Made by a program: the position numbers and the translations under genes. The notes beneath the pieces were generated by a model. The model was given only the letters and a program-made list of their open reading frames with translations. It made no database searches and was not told the DNA's origin. Below, one piece after another: positions 24,481 to 37,148 of a stretch of DNA of 64,000 bases; the stretch's first letter is position 1, and each line of letters opens with the position of its first letter. This DNA comes from Octopus sinensis (taxonomy: Eukaryota): NCBI RefSeq assembly GCF_006345805.1, contig NC_043006.1, forward strand, positions 19,344,001-19,408,000, given 5' to 3'.

Positions 24481-24893
24481 TAACAAAATCGAAATTTGAA
24501 GAAAATATATCAGCCGGTTTTCATACTTTCTAAGAGTAAGGAAACAGGAAACAGTTACTACCCAAAAATAAAAATCGTGTTACACTGTAATTTCGGTAAC
24601 AATGTTGAATGTTATGAAAATGCAATACCTGCAGATACTTCTATACAATTAAGATGATGATTATTGTGTGGCATAGTTCTTCCTACACTGGTATAGATCG
24701 GTCAATTTTTTGTATCATAACATGGCGGATAAGAAGCATCCTTATCTCGTTTATTCGTTAGGTATTCGGTATCAATTTCTGCTCCTGAATATCAAGGTCT
24801 TCTAGTTTTCAATGAAATGTATTGTACATTACAATGTTAGGAGGGGACTATTCTTCTTCACAATGCTGTTTCTATCTTCAGACTTATCTTTTC

Positions 24894-25129
24894 CTCGTTT
24901 CAGTCATTAGACTGCGGTCCTGCTTGGGCAGCACCTTCAAAAAGATTTAGTTCAAGGAACCGACTCCCAGTACTTATTTTTTTCTATATAAGCCTGATAC
25001 TTATTCTATCAATCTCGTTCACCATACCACTAAGTTACAGGGACGTAAACACCTCAACACCGGTTGACAAGCGGTGGTGACAGACAAGCACGGACACAAA
25101 GACACACACATACACGCACACACACACAT

Positions 25130-25194
<65 letters not shown>

Positions 25195-25356
25195 CGACGA
25201 GCTTCCATTAGTTTCCGTCAACCAAATTCACGCTCAAGGCTTTGGTCGGCCTGAGACATTAATAAAAGGCACGTGCCCAATGTGTCATGCAGTGGAACTG
25301 AACCCAGAACCACTGTTGAAAAGTAATCATCTTACCACACAGCCATGCCTGCGCCT
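24894..25356 (-). mobile_element. Diverged SINE family A
   Basis: Recognisable head (accacacagccatgcctgcgcct), body and internal (CA)/(TA). Confidence 0.8.
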
Positions 25357-25753
25357 GCATACTTAGCGGAGATATATTCTAGTGCATAACTTTCCCTTAT
25401 GATCACTATTACTCCGAGAAGTATCAGTTCAAATAGCTCCCTTTAGTTACCTTTTGTTCACATGGAACGGCTGTACCTATTCACAAGTACCTATTCTAGA
25501 AATCTTCAACTACTCGTAAGTTATTTTCACCGCTCACATGTTCGATGGACGCTGTGTAAGACTGTTTAGGCTAACCATATGTCTCTACTTTCTCCATCCA
25601 GTTTTATATATATTCTATCAGTGCCCCTGTTAACATGTAAGTTACCAGTAGTTCTTAGTATTTTCATAACCTGAATGTTCAAGTGGCGATTGTTTCCCAT
25701 GAGTCCAGTCAAGCATCACAAACTTTTGTGTTAGCTCAAATACTGCAAATTAA

Positions 25754-26141
25754 GTGGAGGCGCAATGGCCCAGTGGTTAGGGCAGCGGACTCGCGGTCAT
25801 AGGATCGCGGTTTCGATTCCCAGACCGGGCGTTGTGAGTGTTTATTGAGCGAAAACACCTAAACCTCCACGAGGCTCCGGCAGGGGATGGTGGTGATCCC
25901 TGCTGTATGTACTCTTTCACCACAACTTTCTCTCACTCTTACTTCCTGTTTCTGTTCTACCTGTATTTCAAAGGGCCGGCCTTGTCACTCTCTGTGTCAC
26001 GCTGAATATCCCCGAGAACTACGTTAAGGATGCACGTGTCTGTGGAGTGCTCAGCCACTTACACGTTAATTTCACGAGCAGGCTGTTCCGTTGATTCGGA
26101 TCAACCGGAGCCCTCATCGTCGTGACCGACGGAGTGCTTCC
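25754..26141 (+). mobile_element. SINE family B, 12-bp TSD
   Basis: ACTGCAAATTAA at 25742-25753 and 26142-26153. Confidence 0.9.
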
Positions 26142-26876
26142 ACTGCAAATTAATTATAAGATATGATTTTATGGACTGCACACAGCACTGATTTCCACAA
26201 TTTCAGAATCCTGTTAAAAAATCACTGTCTTGTCTGGGGAATAATCTTCGACTGACTATCAAATATAAACGCTTATCCTAACCAAAGTCCATTTCTATGC
26301 ACCATGAAGATGTTTTTGCACCATTTCTAACTAGCTTTTACTGTCGGGGATATCGCCTAACTACAGCTTCAGCTCATCAAAAAAGTTGTGATTGAAGTCA
26401 GTTTAACTCCTCTCTGCAGATCCTAACACGTAGCTTTTTGCATTTCCTCACCAGCGAATGAGAAATAGATAACTAACAAGACTATAAACAGAACAGATCT
26501 TATACCCACTTGGTATATTTTCGTCGATATCATAATTCTTCTTATGACTGTTGCTTCAGTTCTATGTGATATTAGTAAAGGGCTTGAGGTCATTTTTTTT
26601 AAAGCCTTTGCAAGTGTAACGACATTATGATCATCAACGGTAGGGTGACATGCTGTTACTTGAATTGGGATCCAGCTTCGTCTTTTGAAAGGCAACTTTG
26701 CAAACACAAAGTAATTTGGCACCCTGATCAACAAAATTTTCGTGTCAATTAAAGGAAAAACGTAGACAGTCGGAGATAGAAAGAAAGAAGATTTCAAGTA
26801 CAAAAGCATGACCTTTTCAGTGGAATTTAGATAACATCAATTGGATAGAAGTATATGTAAGCATTAGCACACGTAT

Positions 26877-27264
26877 GGTGGAAGCACTCCGTCGGTTACG
26901 GCGATAAGGGTTCCGGTTGATCCGAATCAACGGAACAGCCTGCTCGGGAAATTAACGTGTAAGTGGCTGAGCACTCCACAGACACGTGCACCCTTAACGT
27001 AGTTCTCGGGAATATTCAGCGTGACACAGAGAGTGACAAGACCGGCCCTTTGAAAAAGAGGTACAACAGAAACAGGAAGTAAGAGTGAGAGAAAGTTGTG
27101 GTGAAAGAGTACAGCAGGGATCACCACCATCCCCTGCCGGAGCCTCGTGGAGCTTTTAGGTGTTTTCGCTCAATAAACACTCACAACGCCCGGTCTGGGA
27201 ATCGAAACCGCGATCCTATGACCGCGAGTCCGCTGCCCTAACCACTGGGCCATTGCGCCTCCAC
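26877..27264 (-). mobile_element. SINE family B, 30-bp TSD
   Basis: AGAAGTATATGTAAGCATTAGCACACGTAT at 26847-26876 and 27265-27294. Confidence 0.9.
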
Positions 27265-27579
27265 AGAAGTATATGTAAGCATTAGCACACGTATACTTGC
27301 ATGTACAATCATGTTTGCATATTTGCCATTGTAGAAATATATGCTTTCATTTATGTACATAGATGTATGTTTGTCTCTCTGTGTGTGCAGACATATGTAT
27401 ATCACAGGTTACATCTATACACAATGTCAATTGCTCTCACTCGATATTCTATTTACAAGACAAAAGACATCTATTTAAATGAAATAGTAGACAGTCCGCT
27501 GTACTAAAAAAGTGATTTACAATTAACAGCTCATTAATAAGCAATGGTAGTAATCCCAACTGAACCAATCTCCCTCTCC

Positions 27580-27760
<181 letters not shown>

Positions 27761-28239
27761 ACACCTAGACAGGTATATATAGAAACAGAGTGAGAGATAG
27801 ATAGTCAGATGTTCAGAGATTGAAAACATGTGTATGTATGTGTGTGTATATGTGTATGTGTGCATGCATGGATATGAATATTATAAAATCGCGCGTATAA
27901 TATGACGGAAATTTTACTGCAAGCTGAAAGGTCACACATAGTGACTCTCAGTCCGTGAATTTGTTTCTTCGTCTCCTCAACAACGGTCTAAGTGAATCAA
28001 ACAAATTCATAAATGTTTAGAAAATATTTTTTCAAATGAGTAAATACTATTGAACGTTACTTGAGAATTTATGGCAAAGGTTAGCTCTTAGGCATTTCAA
28101 CAGATAATTTTGGTTTGGTAGCGATAAAAATTCTGTGGACAGAATATCTGCGCAAACAGAAGTGATTATATTGTTACTAAGCTGTGTGAGGTTCAAAATA
28201 TTAATCTAAAATATTTCAAGATATCGATTTAAAATTTGG

Positions 28240-28920
28240 GCAGAGGGCCAGTAATTTTCGGTGGGGTCAAGTCGATTAAAGCAACCCCAGTGCTTAAATG
28301 GTACTTACTTATCGACCCTGTGAGGTTGAAAGGCAAAGTCGACCCCTTAAATGATGAAAAGCAAATTTATCCGTGCTGCATGGGAACTTAGAGCATAAAA
28401 ACGGACGAAATATCCTTAAACCTATTGTTCGGCGCGAGAACGATCCTGCTAGTTCACAGTCTTAATAACAATAATAATAACGGTTTCAAGTTTTGACACA
28501 AAGCCATCAATTTCGGGGGAGTGGCTAAGTCGATTAAATCAACTCCGGTGCTCACCTGGTATTTATTTTATTGATCTCAAAAAGATGAAAGGCAAAGTCA
28601 ATCCTAGCAACATTTGGACAAAGAACATAAAAATGTTACCGCGCCGGACAAAATGCCTAGTAGCATTTCATTCGGCGCGTTAAAGATTCTGCTAGCTCAC
28701 CGTCTTCACACTAATCACCTGAATGTCTTCTTGACTTTTTGTGGAGTAATGGGTTAGCCCATTGCATTGACCCAGTGCTCAACTGGTACTTATTACATCG
28801 ACCCTCAAATGGATGAAATGCAAAGTCAACCTCGGCGGAATTTGAACCCAGAATGTAGAATCAGGATGCCGCTAAGCATCTTATCCGACTTCCAAACAAT
28901 TCTGCAAGATTGCTGCCTAA
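28240..28920 (-). mobile_element. Three tandem degenerate family-C SINE copies
   Basis: Repeated cgacccc..gaaaggcaaagtc..tgctagttcac motifs. Confidence 0.65.
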
Positions 28921-28931
28921 TAATAATAATG

Positions 28932-28984
<53 letters not shown>

Positions 28985-28986
<2 letters not shown>

Positions 28987-29535
28987 GGCAGTACCAGGCA
29001 CTGGCTCTCATGGCTTCTGATCTTAACTGATTGGAAGTGTCATCATGTACATTGTTTTGTCTTGGTATAAAAGATGGGCTACAGCAAATATTCTGCTCAA
29101 TACCACAGATTTGCTTGTCAGTTGTTTGACCTTAACCAGTTGAGCATGTCCCTTAGTGGCTGACGGTATGTGCATCTCTGATCACGAGCAGAAGTAGTAG
29201 GGGAGCATCATAGCCATGTATTAAGAGGGATTCTTTGGGGTTTGAATAATTCACCTCTGGAAACATGGGTGTTTCGTTCAACATCCTTAAACAACCCTTA
29301 TTCAGGGACCTTGTGAGCGGGATGGGCTACTCGACCTGAAGAAAATTCTAACTGGTCCCCACCCGCAAGGTCATGCGCTGTTTACCTTGATATGAGATCA
29401 CCATGTCCGCGCCTTATGGTTGTGATGCATGTGCCAGTGTACCTTATCAGACGGGTAGTCATGATGGGTATATTGGGCTTCGTATATTTTCCCCAGTGTC
29501 ACTTTGATGGCATGACTGCTCTCTCACTCAATAAT
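28985..29535. repeat. ~550-bp interspersed repeat family E, flanked by (AAT)n
   Basis: A second partial copy lies at 24310-24480; no ORF; class unresolved. Confidence 0.65.
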
Positions 29536-30084
29536 AATAATGACAATAATAATGATAAGAAAATAATAATCATAATAATAATAATAATAATATAATAATA
29601 ATAATAATAATAATAAAAATAATAATAATAAAGACAACAAACGGAGCCCAAAATGACTAACAAAGCGTTGGACTATATCTGAGCAATCTCATCAAATTTA
29701 TTTCGATTTTCCGAATAAACGATGTAATTTAACTGTGTCACCACTGTCACTCGCACAACAAGTGTGGAAACGTTCGCTAAACTGGCCAAAACACTGGACT
29801 ACACCCGAGTAAGTAATACTCATTAAAAGTGTTGGACTATATCCGAGCAACTACATATTGGACTATATCCTAATTAAGTACACATCACAACACATAAGTA
29901 TGTAAATTAATTAATTATGTATACACCCCAGTTTTACATGAACACCTTTTTTTAATATTTCAAAATAACATAAAGTAATGTATAAACAAGCGCCCATACA
30001 CACATAAGCGAATCGAATAAAAACAAACAAAGACTAGACATTATTGATCACAAAACATTAACAGGATAGATAGATATATATTTA

Positions 30085-30127
30085 TGTGTATATAATATGT
30101 ATATATGTTATATATATATATTATATA

Positions 30128-30168
<41 letters not shown>

Positions 30169-30196
30169 TATGTATATATATATATATATATGTATA

Positions 30197-30262
<66 letters not shown>

Positions 30263-30350
30263 ATTATATATATATATATATAATATATATATTATATTAT
30301 ATTATATTATATTTATTATACTATATTATATTATATCATATTATATTATA
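30085..30350. repeat. (TA)n-rich microsatellite
   Basis: Direct sequence. Confidence 0.95.
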
Positions 30351-30859
30351 TATACCCCAAGGCATATTTACAAATTAAACAAATATATACACCCTACGGG
30401 AAAATAGGAGTGGATATTATTTGTCTCGTTTGACTACATTTATTTGTTTATAATTATACAAGCATTGCTCTATCAAATTGTCCACGCTAATAGATAAGAC
30501 CCGGTGCCTAGTACTAACACGAAAGTGTTAATGACAATTAGCAAAACCTCATGTCAGATCAGAGGAAATATTGATAATGACAAATAGTAAATAAAAATGA
30601 AAAAATAATATCAGTGATGATAACAATAATGAAAGAAAGCGGTTGGAATCTCCCCATGTCCTGATTGATGGTAGATCTAGTGATGGTGTCACACAAAAAA
30701 AACACTGGTAATTGCGCTACCTGATAACTGCTACCTCTTATGAGTGACAATAAAAAAATGAAATATTGTGAATAACGGTGGTAATGAAACTGAAGCCCTT
30801 CATAGTGACAGTGTTGCACCCGGCAGGCTCAGAGATGCTGCTCTGGTTCCAGCCTCTTG

Positions 30860-31200
30860 TTATCCACTGATGGACCAGCAAACACGGCGTAGATGGCGTA
30901 GAGCAATAAGAATAAATTGCTGGTTCAAGAATCGTTGATTCACAGAAGTAGAGCTCGAAGCTATCAATAGAAGGCTATCGGAAAACAGCAGCTGAGGAAA
31001 TGATGAAAATATAGTTCTTACTCATAAAAGTAATCTCATAGCAGAAAACAGAGCAGAAACTTCTAATAAACCGCAAGAAAGGAACAGTGATAGCTTGCTC
31101 GATGAGACATATAGATGGCCTGGAAGATAATAAAGCTAATGGTGACATGACAGATGGGCAAAAAGGCAATCTACAACAGAATAAAGGCAATGCTACAGGA
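30860..31200 (+). mobile_element. Possible N-terminal remnant of an R4/Dong-like LINE
   Basis: DQQ..RAIRINCWF..FTEVELEAINRR resembles, from memory, the DQ.RAI.KNGW.SELELEEIKR N-terminal motif; stops present. Confidence 0.3.
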
Positions 31201-31829
31201 AAACGATAGCGTTATAATTTGCAACCTTAAAAGTTGTGCAAAGATAAAAAATTAATAATGTTTTGTTTTTTAACCACTAACTGTTCGCAAAAGCGTTGCA
31301 GACGGCACGTGAAAATACAATGTGGGGATCTTTTCTGTTGCTGTCGCAGTTTTTAAAATTTTAAAATTAAGTAAAAATTTCAAACTTGGTATGTTGGTGT
31401 AATTTTCACGCTGGTGTAATTTTCACGCTGAATCTAATGTTGTTATTCACATGTTCCAGAAAAAAAATTTAGAAAAGTGCAACAGAAGTTTAAAGCTTGA
31501 TAGGTTTACCAATCAGAAAACAGGATTTGGAGGCTGGCATTTTGTGCGTCTTAACTGTTGTGCACAACATTAAGATGAGAATGAAAGCAACATATTACTA
31601 TGACGAAAGATGTAAGAAGTTTTGAAGTTTTAATGATTTTAAATGAATAAAGTCATGTGACTCGTTGACACATGCAGTATAAAAAGGAGAAGTTCTCAAT
31701 GATTTTGTTTTCCGAAAAATTCCAAACAATAAACAAGCTGTACGTTAAATTACAACACAAATGTATGCAGTTCGGTTCTTGTAAATAATTAATAGATTTT
31801 TGTAGTGAAAATTCAAAAACGAAACGTTG

Positions 31830-32200
31830 AGATACACTCTAGACGTCTTTCAAACAAATTAAAGTTTTGCATCTTCTGCGCCATATACTCTCGAAGAGAT
31901 ACGAGTCAACCGTTGAACGGAGGATCCCCACAGTGTCGTTTACTCTCTCGTTTCACACTGACACATGTTCTTTCCACTTGTTTCGAGTGTGTACCATTTT
32001 TGAAGTTAATAAACAACGCTGTAGTTCAGTTCTATGCCGAAACTTATAACCATCTCTTTCAGGAATGTGAGAGCAGGATTTCCAAACGTCACTTAAAATT
32101 GTGGTTCTTGAAAGAACCATATGTATTGCTCTGGCATATGTATTGCTCTAGAGTGTTGCGATTCCGACATGGCACTGCATAAAGAGAATAATATTTAGTC
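31830..32200 (-). mobile_element. Merlin (IS1016/ISXO2-like) transposase remnant
   Basis: Minus strand TTILSDVWKSCSHIPERDGYKFRH..GTHSKQVER..KRHCG..VDSYLFESIWRRR fits the family's SD.W..Y / HT..IE..W / DSYL.EF.WR motifs. Confidence 0.55.
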
Positions 32201-32639
32201 TCATTACACACTCTTCCGAAAACTCACTGCTCAGGTAGCATCCTTCAACGCAAGTTGAAATGCCAAAAATAAGGTAGTTCACAGGCACTTGTCATAGAAA
32301 ATAGACAAGTAAAGATAATACACGTGCTTGAAGTAGCTTAAACAGACTATACCTTGGCTTGTTACTGTGGAAACAAGTACCAGTATGTTTGTAACTTTCG
32401 ATTGGCTAAGATTACCAAAAATTTGCGAACTTTAAAAGCCATTACCTTTTTATTTATTAATTTACGACTAAAATGTATTTCATTTCATAAGTAGCATCGA
32501 GAACTACGCCAATTCACCAAATTTGAAGACAGAATTTAAAACATTAATAGCTCTGACAGCAACAGTAAAGATCCCTATTTAGGGTTACATAAAAGGAAAC
32601 GTGTAAACAGTGAGAACGATATTAAATAAATTTTAATGA

Positions 32640-33150
32640 CGAAAACTTCCTCCAACGTGGCTGCTTGTGGAATTCCCTCAAACCACGAAGGCCCCCTCCA
32701 AATTTTCTTCCTTCAATCTACAGGAGCACGCTTAGAGTAAGGCAGTTCTCTCAGGCCATTCTTGCGACATTCAGCCATCTTTCAATAAAATTACTGGGAG
32801 GCAGCACTTCGCCCTCTTACCCTCACCCTCCTTTCCAAGTGAAACTGGAAAAATTAAATGATTCCGATGTCTCCCGAAACAAACCTACCTGTTGATTTTC
32901 GTCGGCACTCAGAATCTCGCCGAGGTCGTCGGCGAACTTGCCCTCCACTAACCCTCTACAGAACGCCCAGGTTGAACTTCCACCAACTCCACTGCCCCAT
33001 TGACAAAGGATTGTGAGGGACGATAGCACTCTAGGTACCAAGTGCCCTGTCTCGATATACGCTTGATCCATGATCGCAGTTTAGTGAAAGAGACGTGATG
33101 TTGGAAGAGCGAGTCTAACAAACGGGAGAGGAGACCTGGAGATTAGATCC
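32640..33150 (-). mobile_element. 3' fragment of an L1/Tx1-like LINE (ORF2 C-terminus plus 3' UTR)
   Basis: GC-rich; frameshifted reading FFQFHLERRVRV..FIERWLNVARMA*; family assignment from memory. Confidence 0.5.
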
Positions 33151-33159
33151 ACCCCAGAA

Positions 33160-33304
33160 CGCAACTGATACTTAATTTATCGACCCCGAAATGATAAAAG
33201 GCAAAGTCGACCTCTGCCGAATTTGAACTCAGAACATAAAGACAGACGAAATACTCCTAAGCACTTCGCTCTGCCTGCTAACGATTCTGCCAGCTCACTG
33301 CCCT
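33160..33304 (-). mobile_element. SINE family C fragment
   Basis: cgacccc..aaggcaaagtcgacc..ttctgccagctcactgcc. Confidence 0.75.
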
Positions 33305-33850
33305 GATGGTGATGATGATGATGAGGAAGAGGAGGAGGATAAATTCTGAAACACAGAAATATAGAATACCTAATATCATTTGGTCAAAACATATTAAATC
33401 AGATATTATTATACATTTCTGCATTTATTAGATAAATATTTTCAGCAGAATATTAAATAACATGAAATATTAAATAAGATTTTGTTGTTTTTGTCTTGTT
33501 TTTTGATAAATTTTAGCTGTATATGTAATTTTGCAACGGATTAGCAAATAGTAAATATTCCAGATAAATACTGATAAAGAGTGGCCTGTGTGTACAGTAT
33601 GAACTTTAAAAAATTAGTCATACAAAATGGATAGTCTGTTTGGCATAAAGCAGAAACAATCTATTTAATAATAGATAGCTGTGGAATGATAAAAGAGATA
33701 TGCAGACAGATACATAACTGACAACTCGTGACTTACGTACTGAAAGCTTTATTATTCGACTGATCACATAAATAACGTAGAGAATTTTGATTCACTAAAA
33801 TCCTTAAAGCAAAACTTTACATGCTTAAGGGCAGAGTGAGTAGCTCTCTG

Positions 33851-34163
33851 GAATTTCCGTCCTCTGGTGTAGAACGTGGTAAAGTCCTTCACTTCTCTTA
33901 AACACTCCTTGACTGCTTCCACCGCTGCTATTTCTACTTCCTTCGTTGCTATGTTTAACGTTCTGTTGATAACAGTTCTTTTCTCGGTCATTAAATTTAT
34001 GCAATATTACAGCTCCTATACCATATTCACTGGCATCCGATGCCACAACTATTTTCAGGTTTGGGTCGAAATGAGTTAATGATAACTTTGATGTTTTTCT
34101 AATTCCGCGAATGCTTTCTGACATTCGTTGGTCCAGTCCAATTCCGTGTCTTTCTTTAACAAA
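33851..34163 (-). mobile_element. Duplicate of the Gypsy/LINE-ORF1 junction at 38402-38721
   Basis: Near-identical sequence with a 7-bp deletion. Confidence 0.9.
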
Positions 34164-34384
34164 GCACGTACTAAAAATGAAACAACTGAATATAAATAAT
34201 GGTTTCTGACTAAGGTACAAAGTAAGCAAAGTTCAGAGGAACAGCTTCGTCAGGGAAATCGACACCCGTACTTTGATAGTAAGCGTATTATCTACCCAAA
34301 ATGGGATGAAAGAACAATGCGATCGCTAAGGCATTTGAACGTGGAATATAAAGAGCCGGGAAAATAACATGACATTTTACCGCA

Positions 34385-34530
<146 letters not shown>

Positions 34531-34564
34531 GGAGTTAAACGCAGGTGTTATTCGAATTCTTTTA

Positions 34565-34651
34565 CTTCCGACACGTGTTTCGAAGTTATCATTGATATTA
34601 TTCCAATGGAATAAAATGGTGTAAAACAATGTAATTTTCTCTTCGGGGAAA
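34565..34651 (-). ncRNA. Inverted hammerhead copy with core mutation (CCGAAGA)
   Basis: Reverse-complement counterpart of 36009-36095 with U4>C. Confidence 0.55.
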
Positions 34652-36008
34652 AGAAGAAATAAAACTCAATAAGACATTTTAACAGAATTTGATGGTTATG
34701 TATAGTTTATTTTGAAAGATCATAAACAAACTTTTTTTAATAACCCATCCTTAAGACTTATCTGTCCTTCTAGCTCTGACATCGGTGTACTTAGTAAAAA
34801 TATTTTTGATAAATATATTACTCTCTTAGTTAAAAAAAATAAAGCTTAGTTTATGGTCTAATGTATTCCAAGTCGTCGACTGGTTTAGTTCGGTTACTAA
34901 TAAGGGGAGCACTAATTTATCCAGTTTGACATTTCTAGCTTTTATTCTTCCACCAACCAAATATTACTTAACAAAGCCCTTTGGCTTGCTCATAACAAAG
35001 CTGGTCTCACCAGGGAAGAAATTAATGTTGTGTTGACCTCCAGAAAATCTATCATAGAGTTTGACAATGAGATGTATGTCCTTAAAGACACACCTGATAG
35101 TTTTGATGTTACTATGGGAAGTTCTGATTCAGCACAAGCAGCTGATTTAGTCTGTATATATATATACACTTAATAAAATGGCAGACCAGTTCCCAAGCAT
35201 CGATAGAGGTCTATATCTATATCGTGATGATTGTTTATCTTCAAAATGTTTCTGACCAAAAAGTACAAAAAGTTAAGAATATTTTAGTTAAGTTTTCCGT
35301 AGAATGGGCTTAGGCATCGTTTTTGATGATGATGTACAAAGGCCAACATTGTAGATAATTCGTACTTTCTATACCACAGACTATCGACCAATCTTAAGTA
35401 TATTAGCCAATTCAGTAACCATTCTAGGGCAATCACTAGGAACTTACTTAAGAATATTTCATTTAGATTGTCTAAGTTTTCTGCTAATGTTGACATTTTC
35501 AATGATAAGGCTGAATGTTATAGCTCTGCCTTACTTAAAGCAGCTTACACAGATAAAGTTACCTACATTAATTTCATTCAATCTTATTCTACATGTAATA
35601 CTGTAATTGTGAACTATTTTTTATTCTTTTTTCTAAAAAAAATCCCCTTGTAAACACGGTTATAGAGCGCGCTTTCCGATGTAAACATTGGCAGAAACAC
35701 ACCTTTAGTTCATATAAGTGATATCTTCCATTATATATAATTTAAACATTGATTTTCTTCTTACACTTCCACTAGATAAATCTTGTTCCAAGACTTTAGG
35801 GTTTTATTTAATTTACATGTCGTTCTATACTTCTCATTTATTTGGTTTCTGATTTTGTTCTTTCCTTTACCCCTCCTCTTTCTACAGGCTACCTTTGAGG
35901 TTATATCCACTAACCTTTTATTTTAAAAACTTAATAGCGTTCACTTCATCACTATACATATCCATCATATTCTGTTAAAATGTCTTATTGACGAGTTTTA
36001 TTGTTTCA

Positions 36009-36095
36009 TTTCCCTGAAGAGAAGATTACATTGTTTTACGCCATTTTTTTCTTTGGGAATAATACCAATGATATGTTCGAAACATGTGTCGGAAG
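36009..36095 (+). ncRNA. Type I hammerhead ribozyme motif in the 3' pseudo-LTR
   Basis: Stem I TTTCC/GGAAG; CTGAAGA 36014-36020; stem II closed by GAA/TTC; GAAA 36079-36082; AC-ATGT-GT; GUC 36088-36090. Confidence 0.75.
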
Positions 36096-36384
36096 TAAAA
36101 GAATTTGAATAACACCTGCGTTTAACTCCATTTATTTATTTATATATATTATACAAAATATTGCATATAAACCCGGAGTTTCTTCCTTTAAAATTAAGAT
36201 GTTACACCCTTTTTACTTGTGTGATTTTTTGCTACCCTGGTAACTGTTTATCTATGTTTTCCGTGTTAATTGTAAACAAGAGAAAAATACACACATCTAT
36301 TTATGTATATACATATATATGTATATACATGGCATTTCTAAATGCCTCAGAGAGACTTATACAGTAGCAGCAAAAAAACACTTT

Positions 36385-36418
<34 letters not shown>

Positions 36419-37148
36419 TTTATCTTTTATCTGTCGCATTCACAGGACAGCAGCTGTGGCACAACCTTAAACACTTTTAGTCGAGCGAATCGGCCCTAGT
36501 GTTCTTTTTAAGCCTAGAACATATTTTATCGGTCTCTTATGCCGAACCGCTAATTTACGGGGACGAAGTCCTCACATGTTAAAAATTACTTGACCTGTCG
36601 TAGATAGACCGCAGCCATACAGGAACAGGAAATTCATATCAAAGATGCGGTGAAAAGTTTGGGTGAAAAGCTGAAAATATTAACGCAAAACGAAATAGTA
36701 CTTTGGACAAGAAGAACTGAACTGCTAACATTTTCTATTCACGCGGCTACGGATCTTTTATGCAAATACAAACTTCCTTCGCTTTTGGTTTGGTTCAGAG
36801 ATTGAAAAAACGGTGGTTTTGAAATCATTAATTGTTGATATTTGTTTTGGAATGATTAATTGTTGATATTTGTTTAAATATATGTGGATATGTGAGCCTA
36901 TGTGTAAATGTGTAAATGTGTAAATGTATGCATCTTCACAAGCGCATGCAAGATGAATACTCACATACGCACTCATTGATTTAAAAAAAATTAATTAAAA
37001 GTATTGCCTAAATGTTTTGTACTATCGCACGTTCGACGTACGATATAACGGGAATATAAATAACGTCGTCGAAAATCGTTCTAATCAAGATACATAATAC
37101 TTGTAATAACACTCGACAATACGCAACTCTCCGCTTTACACAGCTCAA

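Noticed and set aside
26423-26809. 128-aa minus-strand ORF, possible endonuclease relic
   Set aside because: No complete diagnostic motif; the resemblance is too weak
13314-27264. tRNA genes at the SINE heads
   Set aside because: They have A/B-box-like motifs but continue into repeated SINE bodies and lack a complete cloverleaf
33716-33760. CTGACAA..GAAAGCTT hammerhead-like string
   Set aside because: Core mismatch, and stems I and II do not pair convincingly
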